A stretch of DNA of 64,000 nucleotides from Myxococcota bacterium (GTDB lineage: Bacteria; Myxococcota_A; UBA9160; JAFDDA01): contig OZ245817.1 in the NCBI GenBank assembly GCA_965228475.1, positions 3,072,001 through 3,136,000 of the forward strand. The letters run 5' to 3'. The position numbers were made by a program, and so were the translations under genes. The stretch's first letter is position 1. Each line of letters opens with the position of its first letter. The notes below the pieces were generated by a model. The model was not told where the DNA came from and searched no databases. It saw only the letters and a program-made list of their open reading frames with translations. Positions 27,197 through 36,379 of this stretch are shown piece after piece.

Positions 27197-28696
27197 CTAG
27201 GAACCGACGCGCTCGATGCGGAACCGCGCCGGCGCGCCCGTGCCCGGGTTGCGCTCGAGCACCGCATCGAACCCGCGGCGTTCGCCCGGGGGAAGCGGCG
27301 CCGCGGCGGTCTCGGCCGCAGCCTGCTCCTGGCGACGCGTCAGGGCACCCACCGGAAGCTCTCGAAGATCCGCCTCCGAGAGGGAGGGCCCGGCGATGGC
27401 CGGCCGGGAGATCACCTGGCCCGCTTCGTCGAGCAGGACGACCCGCAGCCGGCCCGCTGCAGCGGCGGCCTCGCCTCCCCCTGGAACGAGCTCCCCGGAG
27501 ACCACGAACAGCGTGCCGGAACGAGCGTTGTCGATGAAGCGTCCGCGGACGTTCTCCGCGCGCATGCCCTCCCAGGAGGCGCTTCCGGCGGGCGCCGGCG
27601 GCGCAGCGGGTTCGACCTGGACGCTCCCGTGGAGGACGGCGAGCAATGCCACCGCCGGCGCGATCCAGCCGACGTTCTGCCAGAGCCCGGAGCGGGCCCG
27701 CGGCGAGACCGAGACCGGGGCCTCCGGAGGCGTGGTCCCGACGTCGGGCCAGTCCGGGTCGGGGCGTTCGCCGTCGCCCGCGTCGTCGTCGTCGTCGTCG
27801 TCGTCCAGGTCGAAGCCATCGAAGGTGGCTTCGCCGTAGGCGTCGAGCCCTTCGCCGTCGATGTCGGCGACGGGCGGCTCGCTCGGCGCGGGAGCCTCCT
27901 GCGGTGCGGCGTCGTCCGCGGGCGCGGCGGGCTCGGCCTCGAGGGCGGCGGGCGAGGTCATTCCGGGCGGATGCGCGGCTTCGGGCTCGTCGAGCTCGAG
28001 GGGATCGCCGTCACCCCCGTCGTCGGTCATCTCGAACATCGCCGATTCGGCGCCCGCGACGGGGGCGATCGGACGCAAGGTCGTATCGTCGGGCAGCTCG
28101 CTCTCGTCCGGCGCGGGCATCGCGACGGCCGGAGCCGGCTCTTCGGCGGCGGGCGGCTCCTCCGGTTCGTCGGGCAGCGCGTCGAGGGCCGCCTGGGCGG
28201 ACTCCGGCTCGGCCGGGTCCCCGGGCTCCGGCTCGGAAGCGGACGCCGCACCCTCGGGCGCTTCGGCTTCCGGCGCGGTGGAGCGCGAAGCCTTCGAGCT
28301 CCGCTTCGAGTTCCGGTTGGCCTCGACCGCCGCATCGAGCGCCAGGTTGGAATCCCCGAACTCCCAGGGCCCCTCGGCGATGGCCTCGTCCGGGGGCGGA
28401 AGCTCGGGGTCTTCGTCGTCGGCTTCGGGCTCGGGCGGCGCGGCCTCGGCGGAAGCGTCCTCGGCCGGGGCCTCGTTCACGAAGCGCAGCTCGTCGGCCG
28501 TTCCGGGTTGGGTGAGTCCGCCGAGGGTCTGGCCGTCGGCCGTCTCGTCCCCATCGCTCGGGGCGCCGACGGAGCCGTCGGGATTCACGTGGAAGCGGTG
28601 CTGGCAGCGCTTGCAGCGAACCCGTGCACCGCGCGGCGGGATGCGTGCCGCGTCGACCTGGAAGCGCCGCTCGCAGCCTTCGCACGTGATGACCAT
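27197..28696 (-). CDS. MJ0042-type zinc-ribbon protein with acidic linker, TM segment and DUF3426-like C-terminus
   Basis: MVITCEGCERRF...RVRCKRCQHRF; long Asp/Glu/Pro-rich linker; WIAPAVALLAVL; LFVVSGEL..LRVVLLDEAG; GGAGG SD. Confidence 0.8.
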   Translation of the reverse strand: MVITCEGCERRFQVDAARIPPRGARVRCKRCQHRFHVNPDGSVGAPSDGDETADGQTLGGLTQPGTADELRFVNEAPAEDASAEAAPPEPEADDEDPELPPPDEAIAEGPWEFGDSNLALDAAVEANRNSKRSSKASRSTAPEAEAPEGAASASEPEPGDPAEPESAQAALDALPDEPEEPPAAEEPAPAVAMPAPDESELPDDTTLRPIAPVAGAESAMFEMTDDGGDGDPLELDEPEAAHPPGMTSPAALEAEPAAPADDAAPQEAPAPSEPPVADIDGEGLDAYGEATFDGFDLDDDDDDDDAGDGERPDPDWPDVGTTPPEAPVSVSPRARSGLWQNVGWIAPAVALLAVLHGSVQVEPAAPPAPAGSASWEGMRAENVRGRFIDNARSGTLFVVSGELVPGGGEAAAAAGRLRVVLLDEAGQVISRPAIAGPSLSEADLRELPVGALTRRQEQAAAETAAAPLPPGERRGFDAVLERNPGTGAPARFRIERVGS

Positions 28697-28872
28697 TGCG
28701 CCCGCCTCCCCTTCCGGCCCGATCCGTGACGGCACCGTGAAAGCGCGGTGCGGCAGCTCGACGCCGCAAGCGTGCGAGATGCGTGTGCTACCTTGCCTCC
28801 GAACGCGGCGCCGGGTTCTCCCCTCTCTTTTCGGAGTGTGCCGGAGACCGCTTGAGCCACCGCCGGAGCCCC

Positions 28873-29847
28873 GTGGCGAGCCCCCTCCCGAAATCCCTCC
28901 TCGACCGCCGCCTGATCTTCGTGACCGGCAAGGGCGGCACCGGAAAGACCAGCGTCGTCGGCGCCTTGGCCCAGGCGGCTGCGCGCGCGGGAAAGCGCGT
29001 CCTGGTCGCCGAGACCGGCCGCGACGAGGCCGTCTCCCGGCTGCTCGCGCCCGGCGAGCCGGAGGTCGGCTACCGCGGCCGGGAGGTGCAGCCCGGCCTC
29101 TTCGTCCTGCGCGTCGCCCCCTACGAAGCCCTCGCCGAATACATCGGCCTCCAGTTCGGCGTCCGTACGATGACGGACCTCGTCTTCCGCAACACCGCCT
29201 TCCGGCAGCTGATGGACGCGTCCCCCGGATGGCGGGAACTCATCACGCTCGGGAAGATCTGGCACCTGACCCAGGAGGAGGACGCGGAGGGCCGTCCCCG
29301 CCACGAGCTGTTGATCGTGGACGCACCGGCGACGGGCCACGGGATCACCTTCCTCGACGTCCCGCGCGTGGCCGCGGCGGCCGTCCGCGCCGGCCCCCTC
29401 GCGCGGCACGCCGGCTGGGTCGAGGACATGGTGAAGGATCCGGAGCACACGCGGCTCCTGCCCGTCGCGCTGGCCGAAGAACTCCCGGCCCGGGAGACGG
29501 CGGAGCTCGTCGGACGGCTGCAGACGGACGTCGGGGTCACGGTCGACCGCGTCGTGGTGAACGGGATCGCCCGATCGCCCGTTCCGCCCGAGGTGCCGGA
29601 CCTCGCCTCCCGGCTCGACGCCCTCCCCGACGATCTCGAACTCCCGGGCCTCCCGAGCCCGGCCGTGCTCGCGGCCTGCGTGCGGCACGGCGACGCCCGC
29701 GCCGCCCTGAACCGTCACTACGCCGAGGAGATCGAGCGCAGCATCGGTCTTCCCACCGTCGAGCTGCCCTTCCTCGAAGGCGGCATCAGCGGCCCCGACG
29801 ACCTGGCGCTCCTGGCCGAGTCGCTGCTCCCGGAGGGCGCGTCGTGA
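28873..29847 (+). CDS. ArsA/Get3-family ATPase, subunit 1
   Basis: FVTGKGGTGKTS, IVDAPATGH, LAEELPARET. Confidence 0.88.
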   Translation: MASPLPKSLLDRRLIFVTGKGGTGKTSVVGALAQAAARAGKRVLVAETGRDEAVSRLLAPGEPEVGYRGREVQPGLFVLRVAPYEALAEYIGLQFGVRTMTDLVFRNTAFRQLMDASPGWRELITLGKIWHLTQEEDAEGRPRHELLIVDAPATGHGITFLDVPRVAAAAVRAGPLARHAGWVEDMVKDPEHTRLLPVALAEELPARETAELVGRLQTDVGVTVDRVVVNGIARSPVPPEVPDLASRLDALPDDLELPGLPSPAVLAACVRHGDARAALNRHYAEEIERSIGLPTVELPFLEGGISGPDDLALLAESLLPEGAS

Positions 29848-31049
29848 AGCCGGCCACCCCGGCCGCCCTGCTCGAATCGCGCCGCATCCTCGTCTGCGTC
29901 GGCAGCGGCGGGGTCGGCAAGACGACCGTCTCCGCGGCGATCGCCCTCGAGGCCGCCCGGCGCGGCCGCCGGACGCTGGTCCTCACGATCGACCCGGCGC
30001 GCCGGCTCGCGGACGCCCTCGGCCTGGCGAGTCTGACCGGCGAGCCGCGCGAGATCCCGCGCAACCTGCTCGCGCCGCTCGGCGTCCCCGAGGACGGCGC
30101 GCTCTACGCGATGATGCTCGACGTGAAGGGCACCCTCGACGGTCTCGTCGAGCGCTTCGCCGAAGACGAGGCCGCCCGCCGCCGCATCCTCGACAACCGG
30201 ATCTACCAGCACGTCTCCGACGCCCTCGCGGGCAGCGCCGAATACTCGGCCATGGAGAAGGTCTACGAGCTGTTCGAGCGCCACGACTTCGACCTGATCG
30301 TCGTCGACACGCCGCCCTCCCAGCACGCGCTCGACTTCCTCGAAGCGCCGCGCCGCCTGCTCGAGTTCATCGACAGCCGCATCGTGAAGCTCCTGCTGCA
30401 CCCGGCCTTCTCCGCCGGACGCTTCGGCTTCCGCCTCTTCCAGCGAAGCGCCTTCCGCGTCTTCCAGCTGATCGAGCGGGTCTCGGGCTTCGGCTTTCTC
30501 GAGGAGATCTCCGAGTTCCTGCTCGCCTTCGAAGGCATGGCCGAGGGATTTCGCGAACGGGCCCTGCGGGTCGAGTCCCTGCTCCTCGGCCCCGAGGCGG
30601 GCTTCATCCTCGCCGCTGGCGCCGCCGGAGAATCGGTGCACCACGGCCAGGCGCTGCTCGGACGGCTGGCCGAGGCCCGGGTACCGCTCTCGGGGATCGT
30701 GATGAACCGCGTGCGCACCTGGCCGGGCTCCGGGCCGCCGCCGGAGACCTTGCCGACCGACGGGGACGAGGCGAGCGCCGTCGCGGCCCTGGCCGAGGCC
30801 CTGGCGCGGGGCGCGGATTCCGAGGACTTCCCCGCCGAAACTGCAGCCCGGGCCGCCCTGCAGGCGGCGCGCGGACACGCCCGGGTGGTGGGCCGACAGC
30901 GCGCGGCGTGCGAGGATCTGCGCAAGGAAGCGCGGCAGCGAGGCCTCTTCTGGCGCACCGTTCCCGAGCTGCCGCGGGACGTCCACGACCTCGCCGGGCT
31001 GTCCCGCGTGGCCGAGCACGTCTTCGACGCAGCCGGAGAAAGCGCATGA
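29844..31049 (+). CDS. ArsA/Get3-family ATPase, subunit 2
   Basis: CVGSGGVGKTT, TIDPARRLADALG, EYSAMEK, VVDTPPSQHALDFL; GTGA overlap with subunit 1. Confidence 0.88.
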   Translation: MKPATPAALLESRRILVCVGSGGVGKTTVSAAIALEAARRGRRTLVLTIDPARRLADALGLASLTGEPREIPRNLLAPLGVPEDGALYAMMLDVKGTLDGLVERFAEDEAARRRILDNRIYQHVSDALAGSAEYSAMEKVYELFERHDFDLIVVDTPPSQHALDFLEAPRRLLEFIDSRIVKLLLHPAFSAGRFGFRLFQRSAFRVFQLIERVSGFGFLEEISEFLLAFEGMAEGFRERALRVESLLLGPEAGFILAAGAAGESVHHGQALLGRLAEARVPLSGIVMNRVRTWPGSGPPPETLPTDGDEASAVAALAEALARGADSEDFPAETAARAALQAARGHARVVGRQRAACEDLRKEARQRGLFWRTVPELPRDVHDLAGLSRVAEHVFDAAGESA

Positions 31050-31666
31050 GCGAACGCAAGAGACCGGGCCGCGCGGGAGACGAAGCCGCGATAAAGGAAG
31101 AACCCAGCCGGCGAAGCAGCGGACGTGCGCGCCGCGATGCGAGCCACGAGCGGGCAACCGAGACCGTCGAGCAGGCCCTCGCCCGTGCCGCAGACCACGG
31201 ACGCCGAGCCGCCTCCGAAGCGCTCCTCGCCGCGCGCGCGCTCCTCGACGCGCTTTCCCTCGCGCTCCACGGCGCGGGCGCGGACGAGCGCCGGATCCTC
31301 GGGCTCGCTGCCCGGAGTCTCGATGAACTGGCCGAAGGCCTCGCGGGCGGCCCCTCCCGGGCGGGCCTGCTCGATGCCGTCAGCGCCGCCCTCGACGCGG
31401 AGATCGCACGCTGGGAGGCCCGGGCGCGCAACGACGTCGACGCACGCGCCATCCTGCGCGCCTACCTCGGTCTGCGCGAGATCCTCTGGGAGTTCGGCGT
31501 GCGGCGGGCCTCGCCGCGCAAGCGAGACGAGGCGCCCCCGGAAGCCGCAGGCGCGACCCGACCCGGCCGGCCCGCCCCGGAGAAGGCGCCCTCGAGCCCG
31601 CGTCCCCGGCGCAGCCCGCCGGGCGGCCGCAGCGGCCGTATGAAGCGCGTCCCGGTCGAAAACTGA
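31046..31666 (+). CDS. Hypothetical helical protein
   Basis: ATGA-coupled to arsA2; Ala/Leu-rich helices, basic low-complexity tail ending MKRVPVEN. Confidence 0.65.
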   Translation: MSERKRPGRAGDEAAIKEEPSRRSSGRARRDASHERATETVEQALARAADHGRRAASEALLAARALLDALSLALHGAGADERRILGLAARSLDELAEGLAGGPSRAGLLDAVSAALDAEIARWEARARNDVDARAILRAYLGLREILWEFGVRRASPRKRDEAPPEAAGATRPGRPAPEKAPSSPRPRRSPPGGRSGRMKRVPVEN

Positions 31667-31723
31667 CGGCTTTGGGCCGGGGCCTGACGGCCGTTCCGGC
31701 CGTGTGCTAGGAGTCCGGGCGAG

Positions 31724-32281
31724 ATGGCCATCCTCATCAAGCGCTACGCGAACCGCAAGCTCTACAACACCGAGACGAGTCGGTACATCACGTTGAAGGG
31801 CATCGCCGAGCTCATCGAGAGCGGCGACGAAGTTCGCGTCGTGGACAACGAGACGGGCGAGGACATCACGTCCATCGCGCTCTCGCAGATCCTCGTCGAC
31901 AACGAGCGCACGAAGGGGGGCGCCTCGGGCTCCGTCCTGACCGAGCTGATCCAGCGCGGCGGGGACGCCCTCTACGGGGCCCTGCGGCGCGGCGTCGGCG
32001 ACGCCCAGGACGGCATCGAAGAGATCCAGAAGAACGTGAAGAAGCTGGTCAACCGCGACGGCGAGAGCCTCGGGGAGTGGATCGCCTTCGCGCCGCCGGA
32101 TCTCGACAAGATGGTGCAGCGCTCCGTCGAGCGCGTGATGAAGGTGCTCGACCTTCCGCGCCGCTCGGACATCGATGCGCTGAACGAGAACCTCGACCGC
32201 GTCGCCAAGGCGCTCGAGAACCTCGGCGCCACGAGCGACGAGCGGGACACCCCGCCGCCGCCCTCGCCGGACCCCAGCTAG
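31724..32281 (+). CDS. PhaR-type DNA-binding domain protein with phasin-like C-terminus
   Basis: IKRYANRKLYNTETSRYITL..VVDNETGEDIT..LSQIL (PHB accumulation regulator N-domain); C-terminus LDLPRRSDIDALNENLDRV. Confidence 0.85.
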   Translation: MAILIKRYANRKLYNTETSRYITLKGIAELIESGDEVRVVDNETGEDITSIALSQILVDNERTKGGASGSVLTELIQRGGDALYGALRRGVGDAQDGIEEIQKNVKKLVNRDGESLGEWIAFAPPDLDKMVQRSVERVMKVLDLPRRSDIDALNENLDRVAKALENLGATSDERDTPPPPSPDPS

Positions 32282-32303
32282 CACGGGCGCCGCGGAAGCG
32301 GCC

Positions 32304-33290
32304 CTACGACCAGACCGATTCCCGCTCCCGGACGACGTCGTCGACCATCGTCTGGATCTCCGAGCGGAGCTCTTCCGTCAGCCGCGAGATCAGGAGTTCG
32401 TCCTCGACGGCGTCCACCCCGAGATCCCCGAGGGCGATGGGCGCACCGAAGCGGATGTGCCACTTCGAGGGCAGCGGCAACGCGCCCGCCGGGCCGAGCA
32501 GCGGGAAGGTCGGCGTGACGGGAACGAAGGGCAGTCCGAGCGACCGTGCCATCACCTCGGCCTTGAAGAGCACCGGGTGGACCTCCTCGGCGCCGACGAC
32601 GGCGACGGGAACGACCGGAGCTCCCGTATCGCGCGCCAGCCGGACCACGCCGCCGCGGCCGAAGCGCTGCAGGCGGTAGCGGTCGCGGAAGAGCTTCGTC
32701 GCACCCTTCCCTCCTTCGGGGAACGCCACCACCCAGTGACCGTTTCGCAGGAGACGCTCCGCGTTCTCGCGGGAAGCGCGCACGCCGCCGATGCGCGCGA
32801 GGGTCGGCTGCATGAACGGGAGCGTGATCAGCCAGTCGGCCACGAGGAAGCGCGGCAGCGGCGCCATCGGGTGTGCGCGGCTCACCACGTGGGAAATCAT
32901 CAGGCCGTCGTAGGGCAGCATGCCCGAGCGGTTCGAGACGAGCAGGCACGGCCCGTCCGTCGGGAGATTCCCGAGGCCCTCGACGCCGATCCGCCACCAG
33001 CGGTCCTGGAGGAAGTCGAGCAGCGGGCGCGTCCGGCGGATCACCGCCTCGTCGGCGCCGAACTCGTCGACCTCGCCCGAACGTTCGGCGATGCCGAAGG
33101 CGTTCACGCGGTTGCGGAGCTCGTCGAACAGCGCCATCCAATCGAGCTCGGTGCGCTCGTCGCGTTCGCGGGCGCCGAACTCCGCGGCGCCGTCTCCGGT
33201 CTCGCGGAAACGGCCCCGGATCTCGACGCGCAGGTCGTCGAGGGCTTCTCGGAGTTCGCGGATGGCTTCCTGCCGCTCGTCGGGGTTCAT
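32304..33290 (-). CDS. Lysophospholipid acyltransferase family protein
   Basis: VDEFGAD, NRSGMLPYD (HX4D-like with His replaced by Arg), FPEG, PVAVVGAEE. Confidence 0.85.
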   Translation of the reverse strand: MNPDERQEAIRELREALDDLRVEIRGRFRETGDGAAEFGARERDERTELDWMALFDELRNRVNAFGIAERSGEVDEFGADEAVIRRTRPLLDFLQDRWWRIGVEGLGNLPTDGPCLLVSNRSGMLPYDGLMISHVVSRAHPMAPLPRFLVADWLITLPFMQPTLARIGGVRASRENAERLLRNGHWVVAFPEGGKGATKLFRDRYRLQRFGRGGVVRLARDTGAPVVPVAVVGAEEVHPVLFKAEVMARSLGLPFVPVTPTFPLLGPAGALPLPSKWHIRFGAPIALGDLGVDAVEDELLISRLTEELRSEIQTMVDDVVRERESVWS

Positions 33291-33297
33291 GGCCTGC

Positions 33298-34272
33298 CTA
33301 GCGATAGCGCCGCATGCGGCGGGAGGAGACGAAGGAGATCCAGGCCTCCTTCGTGGTGTACTCGGGCTCGCCGAAGGCCGCGAAGCCGCGCTCGCCGTCC
33401 GCCACCCAGAGGTAGCGGAGGTAGTCGTAGAAGCCCGAGGGGTGGTCGCCCGTCTGGGCGCGCGAGGGGTAGTCCCCCATCCGGTAGAGCAGCGTCGCCG
33501 GCAGGCTCAGGTTCCGCTTGTCGGCGAGGCGGAGCAGCGTCGAGAGCGGCAGGACCCCGCGGCCGACGACGTTGTAGATGCCGGGGTGCGCCCCGAGCAC
33601 CGCGAGTTCGAAGGCCCGCACGTAGTCCTTCTCGTGGACGAACTGGAGGAGCGGGTCGTAGCCGAGCACCGTCGCGACGACGGGACGCTCGAAGTAGCGC
33701 ACGATCGAGTCCACGAACTCGGGCCCCATTACCCAGCACGATCGCAACACGGTGACGTCCGTGTCCGGGTGCCGCCGCTGCCAGGCCGCGAGCAGCCGCT
33801 CGGCCTCGACGCGGTCGTTCACCTGGTGGGCTTCGGGATGCCCGCGCAGCGGATGGTCTTCGCTCAGGAAGTTCGGGTTGTCGGGCCAGGGGCCGTAGAG
33901 CATCGTGCTCGAGGCGAACACGAGCCGCCCGACCTTGGCCGCCGCACAGGCGTTCATCACGTGCAGGCTGCCGATGGTCTCGAGCTCGTGGTCGGCTTCG
34001 ACGTCGCTCGAGGGCCCGCCGCGGAAGGCCGCGTGGACGACGGCGTCGACGCGCTCCTGGGCGAGCACTTCGGCGAGCCGGGCGTCGGCGGTCGGGTCCA
34101 TCAGGTCGACGCGCTGGAAACGGATGCGCCCCTCGAGGCGATACGGGCGGCGGACGTCGATGCCGAGCACGCGCACGCCGCGCGCGACCAGCCGCTCGGC
34201 CAGGCGCATCCCGAGGCTCGTGCCGAGCCCGGTGATCCCCACCAGGCGCGGTGCATCGCTCGGCAGCGTCAT
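33298..34272 (-). CDS. NAD-dependent epimerase/dehydratase family protein
   Basis: ITGLGTSLG, SSTMLYG..PDNP, GYDPLLQFVHE; start at ATG 34272. Confidence 0.85.
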   Translation of the reverse strand: MTLPSDAPRLVGITGLGTSLGMRLAERLVARGVRVLGIDVRRPYRLEGRIRFQRVDLMDPTADARLAEVLAQERVDAVVHAAFRGGPSSDVEADHELETIGSLHVMNACAAAKVGRLVFASSTMLYGPWPDNPNFLSEDHPLRGHPEAHQVNDRVEAERLLAAWQRRHPDTDVTVLRSCWVMGPEFVDSIVRYFERPVVATVLGYDPLLQFVHEKDYVRAFELAVLGAHPGIYNVVGRGVLPLSTLLRLADKRNLSLPATLLYRMGDYPSRAQTGDHPSGFYDYLRYLWVADGERGFAAFGEPEYTTKEAWISFVSSRRMRRYR

Positions 34273-34337
34273 CCCCGCCGGCCTCGAACCGTCGTCATGC
34301 CCCTGAACCCTCCTCGCGCGGAGGGTACCCTGTTCCG

Positions 34338-35396
<1,059 letters not shown>

Positions 35397-35555
35397 CCTC
35401 TTTCTCGATAAAAATCAGACACTTGAGGGCTCCCCGCCGGCGACCCCGGCGGCCCCTCCATCCTTCGCCCGCAGGGCGGCCGGACCGGCTCTCGGGACCC
35501 CTCCTGGCGGCCCGGAACACCGAGCCGCACGGCCCGCCCTGCCCCGGGCCCGGAA

Positions 35556-35604
35556 CCCCAAGATCTAGTGGCTGCGAACCCTGTGAATCCACAACATCTA
35601 GATT
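35556..35604. promoter_or_regulatory. Tandem NrdR-box-like 16-mers upstream of the dcw promoter
   Basis: CCCCAAGATCTAGTGG (35556) and CCACAACATCTAGATT (35589), 33 bp apart. Confidence 0.5.
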
Positions 35605-35627
35605 ATTGATTTCGCTAGAAAAAAGGG

Positions 35628-35691
35628 TTGCCAGGGTATAGGAGAGGGATGTACAACCCCAATCGAGGGATGAAGAGGGATCGCGAGGGAT
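35628..35691 (+). promoter_or_regulatory. dcw promoter with probable MraZ-binding direct repeats
   Basis: TTGCCA-N18-TACAAC; GAGGGAT at 35665, 35675 and 35685 (10-bp period) plus 35644. Confidence 0.7.
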
Positions 35692-35724
35692 GACCCCGCC
35701 GATCCGAGGCAGCCGAGGCAAGGG

Positions 35725-36177
35725 ATGTTTCAGGGCCACTTCTCCCACACGATCGACGGCAAGGGCCGTCTCTCGATCCCGGCGGACTTCAGAGTGCTGA
35801 TCCAGGGCAAAGGCAAGACCAAGGCGAAGACACCGACCCTCTCGGTGCTGCCCGACTGCCTCGCGCTCTACCCCGCCGATCACTGGGAACAGATGGCCGA
35901 CCAGTTCAACGACGCGCGCGCCATCGACCCGGAAGCCCAGGCCTTGAAGCGTTTCGTGCTCTCGAACGCGTACCTCTGCCCGATCGACAAGCCGGGGCGC
36001 ATCACGGTGCCCCAGGACATGCGGGACTACGCGGGTCTCGAGCGGGAAGTCACGGTGGCGGGCGTCGGCTCGCACATCGAGCTGTGGAACAAGTCGCGTT
36101 ACGAGATGGAGATGGCGAAGGTCCGCGTGAACTTCGACCGCCTCTCCCTCTCGGTGGCGCGGAGCCAGCAGAACTAG
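35725..36177 (+). CDS. mraZ: Division/cell wall cluster repressor MraZ
   Basis: HTIDGKGRLSIPA and IDKPGRITVP duplicated motifs; IELW. Confidence 0.95.
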   Translation: MFQGHFSHTIDGKGRLSIPADFRVLIQGKGKTKAKTPTLSVLPDCLALYPADHWEQMADQFNDARAIDPEAQALKRFVLSNAYLCPIDKPGRITVPQDMRDYAGLEREVTVAGVGSHIELWNKSRYEMEMAKVRVNFDRLSLSVARSQQN

Positions 36178-36179
36178 GG

Positions 36180-36349
36180 AGTCTTCGTTTTAGGGGGGAT
36201 GGAGGGCTTTCCCGCCCTCCAAGAGAGAGAGTTGGGGTGTCCTCGGCGTCACCAAGACGGACGGGGAGTGTTGGGGGGCGCAAGCCGCCCGTCAGACGCC
36301 GGGGCACCCCAGACTCTTTCCCCGAAGACCACACCCACCCACGAAGACT
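36180..36349 (+). ncRNA. Candidate structured cis-RNA between mraZ and rsmH (mraW-motif-like)
   Basis: Hairpin TGGAGGGC-TTTCCC-GCCCTCCA; ~25-bp stem 36225-36250/36295-36320; GGC-GCAA-GCC tetraloop; closing stem 36180-36188/36341-36349. Confidence 0.5.
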
Positions 36350-36379
36350 GTTCCACCGGGGCCGAGGAGGTCCCACCGG

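Noticed and set aside
27781..27805. (GTC)n microsatellite
   Set aside because: In-frame poly-Asp in an acidic linker; a triplet repeat, not a phase-variation tract.
28873..31049. Arsenic resistance operon
   Set aside because: No arsB, acr3, arsC, arsR or arsD. The split-pair architecture fits the Get3-like bacterial clade.
35413..35425. IHF-consensus match AATCAG-ACAC-TTG upstream of the dcw promoter
   Set aside because: A single short degenerate match cannot be supported without data.
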